From Verrucomicrobiota bacterium (GTDB lineage Bacteria; Verrucomicrobiota; Verrucomicrobiia; Verrucomicrobiales; Akkermansiaceae), in NCBI GenBank assembly GCA_017301995.1, contig JAFLEH010000005.1:47181-111180 (forward strand): a stretch of DNA of 64,000 nucleotides. Direction: 5' to 3'. The position numbers and the translations under genes were made by a program. Numbering within the stretch: the first letter of the stretch is position 1; each line of letters begins with the position of its first letter. Below are positions 61,404-64,000 of this stretch, in pieces. A model generated the notes under the pieces. The model did no database searches and was not told the DNA's origin. It saw only the letters and a list, made by a program, of their open reading frames with translations.

Positions 61404-64000
61404 GCGACCGCTACGGACACAAGGACTATCAGAACGAAACCCTGAGATCGCTCCGGGTCTATTGGAGCAAGTGCCGGGTCAGCGGGAATCCGGAGACATC
61501 GTTCATTGAGGCGACATCCGAACTCCACGGCATGGCACATCCCTATCACAAGGTCGGGGCGCTGGACAACGGGACGGAACTGCCGGAGGACATGCCGTTC
61601 GTCTGCTTGCGCGTGCCCACGGGTGGGGGCAAGACCGTCATCGGGGCACGGGCGGTCCGGGTATTCAAGGACGAGCTGCTGGACGAAGACCAGCCGCTGG
61701 TGCTGTGGCTGGTGCCCAGCGAGGCCATCAAGGCGCAGACGGTCAACCTGATGAAGAACCTGGGCAGCGACTTGCGGCGGGTGCTCGACGACGAACTCGG
61801 CGATGTCGAGATTTACGACGGCCCCGAGGCCCTTGGCATCCAACCGAATGTCATCGCAGGCAAGGCTACGATCATCGTTTCCACCATCCAGGCCTATCGG
61901 GTGGAGTCCACCGACGGCAGGCGCGTCTATGACAACAGCGGCGGGCTGATGTCCCACTTCGACCACATCCCGCTGGAGGTGAAGAATTCGTTTCCCGGAG
62001 GTTTTCCACACAGCCTCGTGAATGTGCTGCGGATGCACCGGCCGCTGGTTGTGGTGGACGAGGCGCACGGCGCCCGCAGCAACCTGAGCTTGCAGACCTT
62101 GGAGCGGTTCCAGCCGCGTGCCATCGTCGAACTGACCGCGACGCCCATTACTGACCACAAGGAATACCCTCCCAGCAATGTCCTTCAGAGCGTTTCCGCG
62201 ATGGAGTTGAAGGCGGAGAAGATGATCAAGCTACCGGTGGAACTAACCGCCGAGCCGGGTTTCAAGGAAATCATGGCCGCCGCCATCGCCCAGCGGGAGG
62301 CACTGGAAGCGGAGGCTGCCTTGGAGCGTGCCGCGACTCAGGAATACATCCGCCCGATCCTGCTCTTCCAATCCGAACCACACAGCAAGGACCGCCCGGA
62401 TGCGCTGACCTTCGAGGTGCTGGAAGCGGCCTTGCGTGAGGAGCATCATATTCCGGCCAATCAAATCGCCGTCCACACTGGCGATGAGAAGGGACTGAAA
62501 GATGTTGACCTGAACGCGGAGGACTGCCCGATCCGTTTTGTGGTGACGCAGAGCGCCTTGAAGGAGGGCTGGGATTGCCCGTTCGCCTATGTCCTTTGCA
62601 GCGTCGCCAACCTGAGCAGCAACACGGCGGTCGAGCAGATGTTGGGCCGCATCCTGCGCATGCCCAAGGCGAAGGAGAAGCAGCGCCCCGCGCTCAACCG
62701 CGCCTACGCCTTCGTCCGCAGTCCGAATTTCTATCTGGCGGCCAACCAGTTGCGCGACCAGCTCGTCAAAAAGTCCGGCTACGAGGAAAAAGAAGCGCGG
62801 GAGTTCTTCGTGCAGCGCAAGAAACAATCGGCGTTTGATTTCGATGCCAATGGCAGACGCTGCGTCACCGTCACCCTGCCCGAGGATTTCCCCCTCGCTT
62901 CCCTGCCACCCGCGGCTCGCAATCATGTGGTGAAGCATGACCCCGAGAAACGGGAAGTCACCCTCTCTGGCAAACCCGACAAGAAATCCCTCAAGGCGCT
63001 GGTCGATGCGGTGCAGGACCCGGAGGCCAAGGAGATCATCCGTGCCGCAGTCGCCCAACTCGGGATGCAGGAAACCATTATGGCCAGTCCGGCGGAACGG
63101 CAGGAACCATTCGCCATTCCGCAGATGATGCTGGAATTGGATGGTGAGATCCTGCCCGCCGACGAGGGAATCTGGCTGGAAACCGAATGGCGTCCGCCAC
63201 TACCGCCGAGGGACAACGATATTCCGACGCTCACCCGTGCCGAGAAGGCGCGGAACTCCGGGATTATCGACGTGGTGGACGGCAATGTCGTGACCCGCGA
63301 ACTGCCGGAAATCGCCGACCGAATGCGTTTGATTGAGGTCCGGGAAAACTGGGATGCGATCCGATTGGTGTCATGGCTCGACCGCAACATCCCCCATGAC
63401 GACCTCGATGCCGGGGTGGCGCGTGCCTGGTTCGACGCCGTGATCCAGCGGATGCTGGATGGTGTCCCGCTTGGTAGGCTCGTGCGTGAGCGATTCGACC
63501 TGCGGCGCTCGCTTGAAACGGTCCTCGCCACGCTGAGGCGTGAGGCGCGGCGGCAGGAATACCAGACGGCGCTTTTCGGCGAGCACGAGGTCGTCAAGGT
63601 GCGGGTCGGTGGCGGCTACAATTTCGTTTACGATCCCAACGCCTACCCGGCCCGCACCATCTGCCCGCGCAGCGGGGATTTCGTCCGGCACTATTACGAG
63701 AAGGTGGGCGAACTGGAGGCTGAGACGGAGAAGGGGAAAGCCAAGGAGGAGTTTCTTTGCGCCCAGTTCATCGACGAGCAATCCGAGATCGAATGGTGGG
63801 TCCGCAACCTCGACCGTCAGCCCGTGCATTCGTTCTGGCTCCAAACCAGCACCGACCGTTTCTATCCGGATTTCGTCGCGAAGCTCACCAACGGTAAAAT
63901 ACTCGCCGTGGAATACAAGGGCGAAGACCGCTCCACCAACAAGGACTCCGAAGAAAAGGAACGCCTCGGCAAGCTATGGGAGGAGCGCAGCGGCGGCCAG
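61400..64000 (+). CDS. res: Type III restriction enzyme Res subunit (helicase + C-terminal PD-(D/E)XK); 3' end beyond window
   Basis: My own translation from ATG 61400 (ATGA overlap with mod) stays open to base 64000. Contains VPTGGGKT, VVVDEAHG, ALKEGWDCPF and FYPDF...AVEYKG. Confidence 0.8.
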   Translation, partial: MSDRYGHKDYQNETLRSLRVYWSKCRVSGNPETSFIEATSELHGMAHPYHKVGALDNGTELPEDMPFVCLRVPTGGGKTVIGARAVRVFKDELLDEDQPLVLWLVPSEAIKAQTVNLMKNLGSDLRRVLDDELGDVEIYDGPEALGIQPNVIAGKATIIVSTIQAYRVESTDGRRVYDNSGGLMSHFDHIPLEVKNSFPGGFPHSLVNVLRMHRPLVVVDEAHGARSNLSLQTLERFQPRAIVELTATPITDHKEYPPSNVLQSVSAMELKAEKMIKLPVELTAEPGFKEIMAAAIAQREALEAEAALERAATQEYIRPILLFQSEPHSKDRPDALTFEVLEAALREEHHIPANQIAVHTGDEKGLKDVDLNAEDCPIRFVVTQSALKEGWDCPFAYVLCSVANLSSNTAVEQMLGRILRMPKAKEKQRPALNRAYAFVRSPNFYLAANQLRDQLVKKSGYEEKEAREFFVQRKKQSAFDFDANGRRCVTVTLPEDFPLASLPPAARNHVVKHDPEKREVTLSGKPDKKSLKALVDAVQDPEAKEIIRAAVAQLGMQETIMASPAERQEPFAIPQMMLELDGEILPADEGIWLETEWRPPLPPRDNDIPTLTRAEKARNSGIIDVVDGNVVTRELPEIADRMRLIEVRENWDAIRLVSWLDRNIPHDDLDAGVARAWFDAVIQRMLDGVPLGRLVRERFDLRRSLETVLATLRREARRQEYQTALFGEHEVVKVRVGGGYNFVYDPNAYPARTICPRSGDFVRHYYEKVGELEAETEKGKAKEEFLCAQFIDEQSEIEWWVRNLDRQPVHSFWLQTSTDRFYPDFVAKLTNGKILAVEYKGEDRSTNKDSEEKERLGKLWEERSGGQ

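Noticed and set aside
56698-63597. Antisense ORFs 56698-57492, 57462-58838 (458 aa), 61382-62158, 62243-63058 and 62923-63597 on the minus strand.
   Set aside because: The plus-strand frames show strong third-position GC bias and, for ImmA, mod and res, unmistakable catalytic motifs. The minus-strand products have shadow-frame composition.
1-64000. CRISPR arrays, rRNA genes and reverse transcriptase/retron loci.
   Set aside because: No short regularly spaced direct repeats, no rRNA-like conserved blocks and no YxDD reverse-transcriptase ORF were seen on either strand.

Overview
High-GC (~60-65%) bacterial chromosomal segment; all calls come from reading the sequence and ORF track, with no database searches. 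Layout: (a) 1-6476 holds two host genes, a 5'-truncated alpha/beta-hydrolase and a 1551-codon EF-hand/VOC/FG-GAP-UnbV/sulfatase fusion ORF. (b) 6.5-7.45 kb holds two 167-bp direct repeats (~95% identical) bracketing a small GIY-YIG nuclease gene, followed by a perfect 16-bp hairpin. (c) From ~7.4 kb to at least 57.5 kb lies an integrated lambda-like, siphovirus-type prophage. It starts with int and xis, then a lower-GC cargo block of signal-peptide/lipobox ORFs punctuated by a four-copy ~165-bp repeat. On the minus strand follow the tail fibre genes with glycosyltransferase and sulfotransferase genes, tail genes, the tape measure, and a G/GT chaperone pair with an A_AAA_AAG -1 frameshift site. 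Next come the head genes (capsid, S49 protease-scaffold, portal, gpW-like), an XRE regulator, an M15 endolysin, a holin-like gene, an IS110-family insertion, and TerL/TerS. After these are a CmoA-like MTase / HAD / ParB-MTase / ParB block, replication and recombination genes, an opposite-strand amidoligase island, an initiator-like tRNA, and a cro / cI-ImmA switch with palindromic operators. (d) 57.5-64 kb holds two ORFs with no recognisable domains, directly upstream of a Type III R-M pair (mod, res; res runs off the window). The items most worth follow-up are: the orphan gene pair next to the R-M system; the ParB-MTase/CmoA-like block; the atypical initiator-like tRNA; a TTGACAC-N12-18-ATG motif in front of 16 prophage start codons; the repeat-punctuated cargo array; and the repeat-flanked GIY-YIG gene at the prophage junction.
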